A model generated the notes under the pieces. That model made no database searches, was not told the origin of the DNA, and worked only from the letters and a program-made list of their open reading frames with translations. Below, piece after piece: positions 1 through 8,849 of a DNA stretch of 28,150 nucleotides (the stretch's first letter is position 1; the number at the start of each line of letters is the position of its first letter). Both the position numbers and the translations under genes were made by a program. The stretch covers positions 1 to 28,150 of the forward strand of contig CAYTWC010000001.1 in the NCBI GenBank assembly GCA_964441975.1, given 5' to 3'. Source of the stretch: an uncultured Acidimicrobiaceae bacterium (GTDB lineage Bacteria > Actinomycetota > Acidimicrobiia > Spongiisociales > UBA5794).

Positions 1-26
1 CGACGAGCCCCGAAGGCCGTCGCCGA

Positions 27-533
27 ATGGAGAGCATCATGTCGACTGACACGAAACAAGGACAGAGACATCAGGGCAGTTCCCGTACACCGTGGTACGC
101 AGCGGCAGCCGCCGCGATGGTCGCGGTCGTCGCCGTCGGCGTCATCGCTGTCGGATCGAACAATACGGGTGATAACCCTGTCGCCAGCGAGCCGATCCGA
201 CTGACGGCCGGGGCATCCGACATCACTGCCTCGTGCATGGTCCTGACCCCCGAACTGCTCGCACCGGTCGAGGTCGCGTTCGCAGGTACGGTCACCGAGA
301 TCGATGGTGAAGTCGTGACCCTGCGGGTCACGCGGTGGTACGCAGGCGGCGACGCTGAAACCGTGATCGTGACCGCACCGGCCGGATTCGAAGCGTTGAT
401 CGGAAGCGTGCCGTTCGCACTCGGCGAGGACTTCCTCGTCTCGGCCACCGATGGCACGGTCAACTACTGCGGGATGAGCGGTCCTGCGACCGCAGAACTC
501 CTGGCGATCTTCGACGGGGCGTTCCCCGGCTGA
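27..533 (+). CDS. Single-pass membrane protein with a small C-terminal extracytoplasmic two-Cys beta domain (TIMP/NTR-like pattern); probably 5'-truncated by the window edge
   Basis: The frame is open from base 3 (TSPEGRRR-MESIMST), so the true start may lie upstream. Hydrophobic segment WYAAAAAAMVAVVAVGVIAVG, then SC...AFAGTVTEIDG..VTLRVTRWYAG...GEDFLVSA...NYCG. Stop TGA at 531-533. Confidence 0.75.
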   Translation: MESIMSTDTKQGQRHQGSSRTPWYAAAAAAMVAVVAVGVIAVGSNNTGDNPVASEPIRLTAGASDITASCMVLTPELLAPVEVAFAGTVTEIDGEVVTLRVTRWYAGGDAETVIVTAPAGFEALIGSVPFALGEDFLVSATDGTVNYCGMSGPATAELLAIFDGAFPG

Positions 534-542
534 CCGCCGAGC

Positions 543-590
543 CGAACGAAGTGAGGCGAGGGCCCGGATCCCGGGCCCCCGCTTCGTTCG
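543..590 (+). terminator. GC-rich imperfect hairpin after the first ORF (possible terminator)
   Basis: gggcccgg (560-567) pairs with ccgggccc (571-578) around loop atc; outer cgaacgaa (543-550) pairs with ttcgttcg (583-590). No U-tract. Confidence 0.5.
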
Positions 591-634
591 ACATCGACCG
601 CTTCGGCACATCCGACCGTCACCGCCTAACGTCC

Positions 635-650
635 TGTGATGCGCCTCACA
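635..650. promoter_or_regulatory. Perfect CRP/GlxR-type palindrome TGTGA-N6-TCACA overlapping the amidohydrolase start
   Basis: TGTGA tgcgcc TCACA followed by TT. A TANNNT -10 (TAACGT, 627-632) lies 6 nt before ATG 639. Confidence 0.55.
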
Positions 651-2198
651 TTCGTCAACGGACCGATCTGGACCGGGACCGCAGCAGACCCGGATTGGGT
701 CACCATCGACGGAACGACAATCGTCTCCATCGGTACAGATACCCCACCAAGCGGCGAAGTATTCGACCTCGACGGTCGGTGCCTCATGCCTGGTTTCCAG
801 GATGCGCACGTGCACCCACCGATCGGCGGGCTCGCATTGATCCGATGCGAACTCCACGAGGTCGACCCGGTCGACTACGCCGCAACGATCGCGACATACG
901 CGGCAACGCATCCGGAGAGAACGTGGATCATCGGGGGTGGATGGCCCATGAACGCATTCGAAGGCGGAGTGGCCCACCGCTCGATCCTCGACGCCATCGT
1001 TCCCGACCGCCCGGTGCTCCTGCACTCGAGTGAAGGACACGCCGCATGGGTCAACAGCAGAGCACTTGAGATTGCGGGGATCGACGACACCACATCCGAC
1101 CCGCCACACGGGCGAATCGAGCGCGACGCCGACGGTACACCGAACGGAACCCTCCAGGAGGGAGCGGTTGGTCTCGTCGAACAGTTCGCCCCGCCCGACA
1201 CCCCGGCAGAGGTTGCCGATGGAATCCTGGCCGGGCAGGGCTACCTCCTGTCGCACGGCATCACAGGTTGGAATGATGCATGGGTCCGCCCGATCGACCA
1301 CGACGCCTACCGCACACTCGACTCCGATGGCCGATTGATCGGCAATGTCCTCGGTTCGTTGTGGTGGGATCGTGACCGCGGCCCCGAGCAGCTCGACGAT
1401 CTGCTGAAGATGACTCTGGAGGGCACGTCTCGGTATCGCCCGCGGGCGATCAAGCTGATGGTTGACGGAGTGATCGAGAACGGGACGGGAGCCGTGTGCA
1501 GCCCGTACGTCGGATCATCCGACGACCGGGGACTCACCTTCATTGCGAGCGATGTCCTGACCGAGATCGTTCCCCGCATCATGGCCGCTGGCATACAGCC
1601 CCACTTCCACGCGATCGGCGATTGCGCGATCCGCAGTGCGCTCGATGCTGTCGCATCCGCGGATCCTGCCGACACTCGACACGTACGTCCACACATCGCC
1701 CACATCCACCTCATCGACCCCGACGACATCCCCCGTTTCGCTGAGCTCGGCGTCACCGCGAACGCCCAGTCGTTGTGGGCCTGTCACGACGACACCATGA
1801 CCGAGCTGACCATTCCTCGTCTCGGACCGGAACGCACCTCGTGGCAGTATCCGTTCCGCTCGCTCGTGGATGCAGGGGCAAGGCTGGCGGCGGGTTCCGA
1901 CTGGTCGGTGTCGACCGCAGATCCATTCGCGCAGATGGCTGTCGCCGTGACCCGGGCGACGGATGACGCGCCGGACCCGTTCCTCCCGGACCAAGCGCTG
2001 ACGCCGACCGAGGCGCTCACGGCATTCACGTTCGGTTCTGCATGGGTCAACCACGACGACCACCGAGCCGGGACCATCGAGATCGGAAAGGATGCCGACT
2101 TTGTCGTCGGCTCCGATCACCCCCTGTACGCGCCTGACATCGCACGGGTGAGGACCGAGGCAACCTTCGTCTCGGGTCGACTCGTGTACGAGCGATAG
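639..2198 (+). CDS. Metal-dependent amidohydrolase, Amidohydro_3 (YtcJ/NfdA-like) family
   Basis: PGFQDAHVHP (HxH), DSIVPDRPV-like 'DAIVPDRPVLLHSSEGHAAWVNSRAL', IKLMVDG, HFHAIGD, HIAHIH, GSDWSV, GTIEIGKDADFVV. Start is ATG 639 (or GTG 636); no SD, so probably leaderless. Confidence 0.93.
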   Translation: MRLTFVNGPIWTGTAADPDWVTIDGTTIVSIGTDTPPSGEVFDLDGRCLMPGFQDAHVHPPIGGLALIRCELHEVDPVDYAATIATYAATHPERTWIIGGGWPMNAFEGGVAHRSILDAIVPDRPVLLHSSEGHAAWVNSRALEIAGIDDTTSDPPHGRIERDADGTPNGTLQEGAVGLVEQFAPPDTPAEVADGILAGQGYLLSHGITGWNDAWVRPIDHDAYRTLDSDGRLIGNVLGSLWWDRDRGPEQLDDLLKMTLEGTSRYRPRAIKLMVDGVIENGTGAVCSPYVGSSDDRGLTFIASDVLTEIVPRIMAAGIQPHFHAIGDCAIRSALDAVASADPADTRHVRPHIAHIHLIDPDDIPRFAELGVTANAQSLWACHDDTMTELTIPRLGPERTSWQYPFRSLVDAGARLAAGSDWSVSTADPFAQMAVAVTRATDDAPDPFLPDQALTPTEALTAFTFGSAWVNHDDHRAGTIEIGKDADFVVGSDHPLYAPDIARVRTEATFVSGRLVYER

Positions 2199-2243
2199 TC
2201 GGTCACTGATCGCAACCAGGTTTTTGACCGACCTATCGGTCGG
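2193..2243. terminator. Hairpin(s) between convergent genes (possible bidirectional terminator)
   Basis: cgatagtcggtca (2193-2205) pairs with tgaccgacctatcg (2225-2238) with one bulge. Alternative short stem ccgacc-tatc-ggtcgg (2228-2243). Confidence 0.45.
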
Positions 2244-2249
2244 CGACTC

Positions 2250-4097
2250 CTACGGGAGATCTCCGAAACGGCCCGCCACCGGTAGGAGCGCGGACGAACC
2301 AGCGTCCATCCACGCATCAGCGTTCCCTGCCGAGTTGTGATACCGAACGTAGAGTCTTCGGGTCGAGGGGCGGAACACGCCCGGAGAGTCATGGCCGTTC
2401 GCGTTCCAGTCTCCGGTTACGAATCTGTCATTCGGATTCCCGAAGATGAACGAGGCGTGCGCGACACCTTGCGTATGGGCGTTGCGGAGATACACGAGAC
2501 CGGTCGATGTGCGATACAGACCGAACGTGTCGATTCCGTCGCCGTCGAAGTCTCCGGCGAACGGGACGTCCCCGGGGTTCCCGAAGAGATAGTCGGTCGT
2601 GGCCTTGCCAAGTCCCTGGTCGGCGCTCCCGAGCTTGTCGATGACGTAGAACCTGCCTGACGATGGTCGGTAGAGACCGACGGTGTCGCAACCGTCGCCG
2701 TTGAAGTCTCCTGCAAGAGGCACGTCACCCGGATTGCCGAAGTAGAACGTGATGTCGGCAACACCCTGTGTGTTCGAGTTCCTGAGGTACACGTAGCCGT
2801 CCGATCGGCGATACAGACCCGGTGTGTCGATACCGTCGCAGTCCCAATCACCCATGAATGGTGCGTCCCCCGGATTCCCGAAGTAGAAGGTCTTCGCATC
2901 GCTTTCGATGTCGGTGATCCACCATCGGCCGGTCGTCGGATCGACGAGGCCCGGCGAATCACCACCCGGCACCCCGACGTAGACCGACGGGGGTGTATCC
3001 GAGATGATCGAATTGACCACGACGGGGAACCCGCTCTTTGCGATGATGAAGAACCCGGGGTACCCCTTCGTCTCGAAGTCGTCCGAGGGATTGTCGACGA
3101 TCACCGAGTCCGTGACGTAGAGCTCGCCCGTGCGGTTGTTCGACACATAGAACACACCACCGCCGCCGGCGCGGGCGTGGTTGCGCTGGATCCTCGTACC
3201 TTCGAGGCGAAGCGTGTATGTGTTGCCGTCAAGGGCGATCGCCCCACCGTTTCCACCTCCCGGTGTGCCCGGCTTCGCGGGATTGGCACCCCAACCGGTT
3301 GTGTCGTTGTCGGTCAGCAGGCTGTTGATGATCGTCCACGACACACCGATGCTCGACAGTGCACCGCCGTTCGAGCAAACGTTTCCGAGGCCCGGTTCGC
3401 CACCGAACGTGCTGTTCACCACGTACACCGGCTGTGTGTTGTATTGGCTGAACACACGGACGGCGCCGCCTCCGACGTCGGGACCGGTGTCGGCACAGAC
3501 GTTGTTGAAGAATCGCGAGTTGACGATCTTGAAACGGCCGCCTCTGACCCAAATGGCGCCACCGCCATCGTATTCGTGCTCACCCTTCGAATTTCCGTTG
3601 ATGAAAGTGAGGTTCTGGACGGTCAGCTCCGGGTACTGCTGGTTCTGGCAATGGGGGGTCGTCCATACCTGCGCCGGATCACAGGTGTTCATGTAGAGGA
3701 TCCGGACAGCGTTGCGACCGTTGAGCGTGACTTTGCCACCGCCGTCGATGACGACCTTGTTCGATGCGTCGTTGAACACCTTTGCGGTCGCATACATGTC
3801 GATGGTCACCGGCGCCGGACCGCAATCGAACGTGATGACCCCGCCCTGGGCGACCGCGGCGACAACCGCTGCTGACGTGCAGGACGCCGGAGACCCGTTG
3901 CCGATGACGTGGTCGGGGTTCGTCGAGTCCTCTGCTTGACCTGCGGCAGGAACCGGTGAGAACCCGTCCGGGTTCCCCGCGGGCGGCAACGCGTCCGCTG
4001 GCTGTGCACACGCGAGCAACCACAGGACGACGAGCGCAACAAGCGCCGCGCCGACGCTGAGACGTCGACCGTTGAAGGTCAATCGTTGTACATGCAT
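2250..4097 (-). CDS. Secreted protein: pectin-lyase-like beta-helix (GGA[I/L/V] repeats) fused to a C-terminal FG-GAP-like beta-propeller
   Basis: N-terminal basic plus hydrophobic signal (RRLSVGAALVALVVLWLLACAQPADA). Repeated GGGAIW, GGGAVR, NGGALS, NGGAIA, GGGGVF motifs. C-terminal about 230 aa with repeats FGNPGD-x-P-x-x-GD[WF]-x-x-DG-x-D-T-x-G-LYR. Confidence 0.85.
   Translation of the reverse strand: MHVQRLTFNGRRLSVGAALVALVVLWLLACAQPADALPPAGNPDGFSPVPAAGQAEDSTNPDHVIGNGSPASCTSAAVVAAVAQGGVITFDCGPAPVTIDMYATAKVFNDASNKVVIDGGGKVTLNGRNAVRILYMNTCDPAQVWTTPHCQNQQYPELTVQNLTFINGNSKGEHEYDGGGAIWVRGGRFKIVNSRFFNNVCADTGPDVGGGAVRVFSQYNTQPVYVVNSTFGGEPGLGNVCSNGGALSSIGVSWTIINSLLTDNDTTGWGANPAKPGTPGGGNGGAIALDGNTYTLRLEGTRIQRNHARAGGGGVFYVSNNRTGELYVTDSVIVDNPSDDFETKGYPGFFIIAKSGFPVVVNSIISDTPPSVYVGVPGGDSPGLVDPTTGRWWITDIESDAKTFYFGNPGDAPFMGDWDCDGIDTPGLYRRSDGYVYLRNSNTQGVADITFYFGNPGDVPLAGDFNGDGCDTVGLYRPSSGRFYVIDKLGSADQGLGKATTDYLFGNPGDVPFAGDFDGDGIDTFGLYRTSTGLVYLRNAHTQGVAHASFIFGNPNDRFVTGDWNANGHDSPGVFRPSTRRLYVRYHNSAGNADAWMDAGSSALLPVAGRFGDLP
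2253..2952 (-). repeat. About five FG-GAP-like/DxDxDG propeller-blade repeats (protein level)
   Basis: FYFGNPGDAPFMGDWDCDGIDTPGLYR; FYFGNPGDVPLAGDFNGDGCDTVGLYR; YLFGNPGDVPFAGDFDGDGIDTFGLYR; FIFGNPNDRFVTGDWNANGHDSPGVFR; a partial final copy LPVAGRFG. Confidence 0.85.
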
Positions 4098-4283
4098 GCA
4101 GTCACCGGTCTTTCAGCCACTATCGGCAGCAGCCGGCCGTTTCTTGAATCTCCGGTTCCGACTCAGCGGGTGGGGCGGGTCCCGCCGATCGACCGCACGA
4201 CGACAGCAGCCGCGTACACTCGAATCCGCGCTCGGAGAACCAAACATCGTGCGACACCCGCCGACGTCGACCGAGGACACTAC

Positions 4284-4790
4284 GTGACCACCGACACCGT
4301 ATCCACTCGCATCGTCGTTGCTGGTATCGCGGGTTCGGGGAAGTCCACGGTGGCCCGAGAAATCGCCACCCAACTCGGACTTCGATTCGTTGAGGGCGAC
4401 ACGTTCCACCCGCAGGCCAACATTGCCAAGATGACCGCCGATGAGCCGCTCACGGACGCGGACCGTTGGCCGTGGTTGGAGGCGATCACGTCCGAACTCC
4501 GTGGTTCGCCGAGAATCGTTGTGTCATGTTCGTCGCTGCGGAGATCGTATCGCGATCTGCTGCGACAGGCTGTGGACGTGCGTTTCATCTTTCTCGATGT
4601 AGGCGCCGACGTCGCTGCCTCCCGGGCAGCACACCGCGTCGATCACTTCATGTCGTCGGCGATGATCGAGAGCCAGATCGCTGCCCTCGAACTGCCTACA
4701 CCCGACGAGCTCGACGTGATCGTGGTGCCAGCCGACGGTCCGGTCGACAGCGTCGTCGGATTGGCGATGGAAGCGCTGGGAGCGCCGTGA
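4284..4790 (+). CDS. gntK: Gluconokinase (GntK/IdnK, thermoresistant type)
   Basis: P-loop GIAGSGKS; EGDTFHPQANIAKM...PLTDADRWPWL; CSSLRRSYRDLL; HFMSSAMIESQIAALE. Start moved from 4086 to GTG 4284, which has SD GAGGA at 4273-4277. Confidence 0.93.
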   Translation: MTTDTVSTRIVVAGIAGSGKSTVAREIATQLGLRFVEGDTFHPQANIAKMTADEPLTDADRWPWLEAITSELRGSPRIVVSCSSLRRSYRDLLRQAVDVRFIFLDVGADVAASRAAHRVDHFMSSAMIESQIAALELPTPDELDVIVVPADGPVDSVVGLAMEALGAP

Positions 4791-4794
4791 TCGT

Positions 4795-4818
4795 CCGGGG
4801 CCGTCGAACGGCTCCCGG
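4795..4818. terminator. Hairpin between convergent gntK and cyclase-STAND gene
   Basis: ccggg-gccgt / loop cga / acggc-t-cccgg: a 10-bp stem with one bulge filling the 33-bp intergenic gap. Confidence 0.5.
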
Positions 4819-4823
4819 GCGCT

Positions 4824-7800
4824 TCAGTTGCCGACGATCCCGGCGGCGGTGCGGTGCGCCTCGATCGACTCGAGGTATGAGCGACGGTGGGACGGATCAC
4901 TGATCCGCGCGGCTCGTGCCGCAACACGCTCGGCGGTGAGTCTGCGCAGCTGAGTGGCCCGCTCTGGATCGACGTGGTCGATGACCTCGATGCATCGGAG
5001 CAACGAGACCGTCGTCTCGACCGCACCCTCGAACATGTCGTCGCCCTCATCCTCAAGCACTGAATCGACCAAGGCGACGGCGTCTGCCACGTCGCCACGT
5101 CGGAGCATCGCGGTAGCGCACGCTGCCCTCGACTCGTTCGCCAGATGATGTTCTCCGAGTTCGGTGCGGAGATCCGCCGCCTCGCCAAGAGCTTCGGAAG
5201 CGAGGTTGTATCGCTCGAGATCGAGCAGGCAGACGCCGACACCGTGCAAGTCGTACGCCTCACCTCTCCGACGCCCGATACGGCGGTCGATCGCCAATGC
5301 CTCACGGTACAGGATCAGCGCATCATCGGGATAACCCATCGCCCGCCGGGTCGCCCCGAGATTCCCCTTGCTTATGGCGATTCCCCACGCGTCATCCATC
5401 CGTTCTCTGATGGCAAGCGCAGCGGAGTACAACTCCATGGCAACCCCGTAGTCGCCGACCGCCCACGCCGTACCGCCAGCGTTGTCCTTGTGGTCGCCTT
5501 CGCCCATCAGATAGCCGATATCGGCGCTGCGTGCTGCACCTGCCTCATGCATGGTCCTCGCTTCCGAGTAGTCACCCAATGCAAAGAGAGCGGAACCCAG
5601 GTTGTTGAGGGCTCGGATCTCGTCAGTCACATTTCTGAGCGAACCGAACATGTCGGCGGCAGACCGGTGGAGCGATACCGCCCTCTCGAAGTCGCCTCCA
5701 TCCCATGCGATTCCTCCAAGGAAGTCATCCACGGATGCGACCCCTGATGCATCGCCGATTTCTCCATAGAGCGAACGTGCCTCCTCGGCGTGGCTCGACG
5801 CCCTGTCGTTGTGCCCCCGGTGTCTGGCCAGTTGTGCACGGAGGAACGCCAGCGAAGCGCGGTCTGACACGTGCAGCGAGGCATCGGGCGCAGCGAGGGC
5901 CCTTGCGACGACCTCCTCTGCCTCTGCATACGAACCATGCGCCGAGAGCAGCCGTGCACGGAGGATCGACAACTCTGCGGCGATCGTAGGGTCGGTGGAT
6001 TCCATCTGCTCCATCGCCGCCAGGTCGAACTCCTGTGCATTCCTGTCGCCGACGATGTCGTGGACGCCGAACCGCAGCCGCAGAATCTCGAAACGTCGGT
6101 CGGGGGCGTCGTCGCCGACGAGCGCCAAAGCCCTGTCAAGATGATCGATCGCTTCCGCATTGGCGTACCGACTCGATGCCGCCTGTGCTGCGATGACATA
6201 GTGTGCGACAGCGTCGGACGCCAGTCCTGCCCGGTCGTAGTGGAAAGCTAGTTCGGCGGCCGTGCGCTCGTGCGACCCGTGGACCTGCTCGATCGCCCGC
6301 GCGGCGCTTTCGTGGAGAATGCGGGCCTCGGCGTGGGGAAGCATGCCGTACGCGGCATCGCGGACGAGGAGATTGCGGAACTTCGCCGACATGCCCGAGT
6401 CATCGAGATCCCACAGTCTCGCCTCGACTGCGGTCTTGGCATCGACATCGACGCGCTCGGGCTCCTCAGTCATGACAGCCAGGACGGCCATGTCGATCTC
6501 ACGCCCGAGAACAGAAGCAACTTGAACCGTTCGGCGCACCGCCGCCGGCAGTTCGTCCAGACGTGCCACCAGAACACGCCGAAGATCGAGCGGTACGTCG
6601 GTACCCGGAAGGTCAAGACGGTTGTCCGCCAATGATGTTCGCTTGACGTACTCGAGGAGCTGTCTGGCGTAGAAGATGTTCCCGTCCGAGCGGTCCATGA
6701 CGAATTCGACGAGCTCTTCGTCCGGCGGCCTTCCGAGCAGACGTTCGGCGAGCTCGGATATCTCAGCGCTTTCGAGCGGTTCGAGCTTGACCAGGTGGTC
6801 GACCGGTACCGGTGTTGCGGCAGTCCGTGTCTCGATCAACACGGCGATGCGACGATCGGACAGGTCTTGTTGCAGTCGTGAAAGGATCTCGGCAGTTCCG
6901 CTGTCGACCCACTGTCCATCGATGACGTAGATCACCACCGGACCGGACTGCTCGATCGCAAGGACGAGGCTCTCGACCGCAGAGACGAGCACCTCGAATT
7001 TGACCTCCGGGTCGATCGTGTCCCCGACCGCACCGTCGTATCCATCGTCGAGGTCGAGTAGCTCGCCCAGGATTCGTCGGCTCCGTTTGATCTCGTCGGA
7101 CAACAACGGGGCATCGACGGCCAGCTGATTGAAGAAGCCTTCGAGTCGATCTGCGCTCTCGACCTCTCCGGGGCGACCGAAATAGCCTGCGAGGGCGTCT
7201 CGAAGCGTTGCAAGTGGTTGCGACCGGATCTGGTCTGCCTGAGCCTCCAGCCACGTTGCCGGCGGCGTTCGCGTCTCAAGCCGTTCCCGCAATGTCCCGA
7301 CGAGCCGGCTCTTGCCGCTCCCTGCCTCACCGACCACTGCAATGACCCCGGCCGATCTGTCTGACCACAGCGGTGCGATGAGGTCCTCGAGCTCATCGAG
7401 TTCGCTCCGCCGTCCAACGAAGGCTCCCCGGAACGGATCGGCACGACGAACCGGCGGAACATGGACGACACGGTGAGTCGGAACGGGATCGGCGAACCCT
7501 CGATAGGTGACCGGCCCCAGGGCGTCAAGCACCCACGGTTCATCGAGTCGGGCACGAATCTCCCCATCGACCCGAATCTCCCCCCATTCGGCGATCGAGC
7601 ACATTCGGGCGGCGAGATTGACACCCGAACCAATGCACGTGTACGACTCGTGCCGTGGCGTGCCCACGAACCCGGCGAACACCGTGCTACGCGTGACCCC
7701 GGCCCGGATACTCGCAGCCACTTCGGATCGCAGGTCAGCGAGGAACCGAAGCGCATAGCCGATGTCGCGTTCCCGACTCGTCGGCGCTCCCCAGAAGGCA

Positions 7801-8663
7801 AAGACGCGTGCTCCGTCGCCCAGGGCGGCCGGTACGACGTTGCACAGGTATCCCTGATGATGGTTGAGCAGCTGGAGCAGTCGGGCCATGGGTGAGCCAC
7901 CGTCGACACCGGGCATCTCGGCGAGCTCGACGAAGACGGACACGACATCGCGGAACTCCCCGGTGTTCGGTGCGTTCTCGAGCGTCGAAGGGTAGAAAGC
8001 GAGGGGACTGGGCGGTCCCGACCAATTCGACGGATGCGGTGGGCGCTCGACGTCGAAGGTCCTCTCGACGGTTCGGAACCCCTGACCAACCTCCGTCGAC
8101 ATCCGAAGATCGAGATGCATCGCCGAAGTCGGACCCACGACGATTGCGCCTCCAGGCGCCAGACTCTCACCGGCGAGTGCCTCGGAAACCGCGGAGCCAT
8201 AGTAGGTATAGGCACCGTTCTGCCTTCCACGACCATCTTGAGCGCGCCAGATCCTCCACTCGATGGATCCCGCCCCGACCGCACACCTCACCGTGAGCGC
8301 CGCGGAACCCGCTGGGGTCGGCAGCTCACCGAGCGATGCCAGCAATCTCAGTACATCGTCCGCGGCCATTGCCGCTCTGTGGACGGTGTCGTCGAGGTCC
8401 CCGAGAAACACAGCGACGACTCCATCACCCGCGAACTCCGAGACGAAGCCACCCCACGCGGCGACGCGGTCGACCATTGGGGAGAAGACGGTCTTGAGTA
8501 TCTGAGCTTGCGCCTCAGCACCCGCCGTACCGAAACGTTGGAGGCTGGCTGACAACTCAGTCGAACCTTCAGCATCGATGACGAGGGCCGCTCCGGTCGA
8601 GCGCCCTACGAACTGTCCATCGGCGGCCATCTGGGCGAGATGCTCGGGTACCAACCTGTGCAT
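4824..8663 (-). CDS. Tandem class III nucleotidyl cyclase + STAND (AAA_16-like) ATPase + TPR protein (soluble-AC/ADCY10-like architecture), divergent copy
   Basis: C1: LVIDAEGST...SEFAGDG. C2: RDVVSVFVEL...FWGAP...AGVTRSTVFAGFVG...YTCIGSGVNLAARM. FVGRRSEL; Walker A GEAGSGKS (7308-7331); wHTH-like KFRNLLVRDAAY; C-terminal TPRs (RALNNLGSAL, AISKGNLGA, AYDLHGVG). Confidence 0.92.
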   Translation of the reverse strand: MHRLVPEHLAQMAADGQFVGRSTGAALVIDAEGSTELSASLQRFGTAGAEAQAQILKTVFSPMVDRVAAWGGFVSEFAGDGVVAVFLGDLDDTVHRAAMAADDVLRLLASLGELPTPAGSAALTVRCAVGAGSIEWRIWRAQDGRGRQNGAYTYYGSAVSEALAGESLAPGGAIVVGPTSAMHLDLRMSTEVGQGFRTVERTFDVERPPHPSNWSGPPSPLAFYPSTLENAPNTGEFRDVVSVFVELAEMPGVDGGSPMARLLQLLNHHQGYLCNVVPAALGDGARVFAFWGAPTSRERDIGYALRFLADLRSEVAASIRAGVTRSTVFAGFVGTPRHESYTCIGSGVNLAARMCSIAEWGEIRVDGEIRARLDEPWVLDALGPVTYRGFADPVPTHRVVHVPPVRRADPFRGAFVGRRSELDELEDLIAPLWSDRSAGVIAVVGEAGSGKSRLVGTLRERLETRTPPATWLEAQADQIRSQPLATLRDALAGYFGRPGEVESADRLEGFFNQLAVDAPLLSDEIKRSRRILGELLDLDDGYDGAVGDTIDPEVKFEVLVSAVESLVLAIEQSGPVVIYVIDGQWVDSGTAEILSRLQQDLSDRRIAVLIETRTAATPVPVDHLVKLEPLESAEISELAERLLGRPPDEELVEFVMDRSDGNIFYARQLLEYVKRTSLADNRLDLPGTDVPLDLRRVLVARLDELPAAVRRTVQVASVLGREIDMAVLAVMTEEPERVDVDAKTAVEARLWDLDDSGMSAKFRNLLVRDAAYGMLPHAEARILHESAARAIEQVHGSHERTAAELAFHYDRAGLASDAVAHYVIAAQAASSRYANAEAIDHLDRALALVGDDAPDRRFEILRLRFGVHDIVGDRNAQEFDLAAMEQMESTDPTIAAELSILRARLLSAHGSYAEAEEVVARALAAPDASLHVSDRASLAFLRAQLARHRGHNDRASSHAEEARSLYGEIGDASGVASVDDFLGGIAWDGGDFERAVSLHRSAADMFGSLRNVTDEIRALNNLGSALFALGDYSEARTMHEAGAARSADIGYLMGEGDHKDNAGGTAWAVGDYGVAMELYSAALAIRERMDDAWGIAISKGNLGATRRAMGYPDDALILYREALAIDRRIGRRRGEAYDLHGVGVCLLDLERYNLASEALGEAADLRTELGEHHLANESRAACATAMLRRGDVADAVALVDSVLEDEGDDMFEGAVETTVSLLRCIEVIDHVDPERATQLRRLTAERVAARAARISDPSHRRSYLESIEAHRTAAGIVGN

Positions 8664-8669
8664 GGACCG

Positions 8670-8675
8670 ATACTA
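8670..8675 (-). promoter_or_regulatory. Putative -10 element (TAGTAT) for a leaderless transcript of the 8663 gene
   Basis: TANNNT hexamer on the minus strand 6 nt upstream of ATG 8663; no SD visible. Confidence 0.4.
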
Positions 8676-8849
8676 CAAACCGCCGGCCCGGCTGCCGAAG
8701 AAGCGCATCACCGTATTGGTACGCCAAGTGGAACGGATGCCAATGGACGAGCACTCTACGTAGTCGTCGAGTGACTTTTCCCCTTACGGACAGTGTTCGG
8801 TGCGACTACTGTGTGATGAGGCGGAAACTTTAGGGAAGGCGCTCGATAC

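Noticed and set aside
551-1033. 160-aa + strand ORF overlapping the amidohydrolase start, and many similar Arg/Pro/Ser-rich alternative-frame ORFs
   Set aside because: They overlap well-supported genes, have no family motifs, and show the composition typical of shadow ORFs in high-GC DNA.
4086-4283. 66-aa N-terminal extension of gluconokinase in the ORF track
   Set aside because: It overlaps the divergent gene's start and has no homologous character; GTG 4284 has a good SD.
6932-8284. 450-aa ORF nested in the first STAND cyclase on the same strand (possible frameshift product)
   Set aside because: The main frame is continuous and motif-bearing through this region; the nested ORF is an R/S/P-rich off-frame read.
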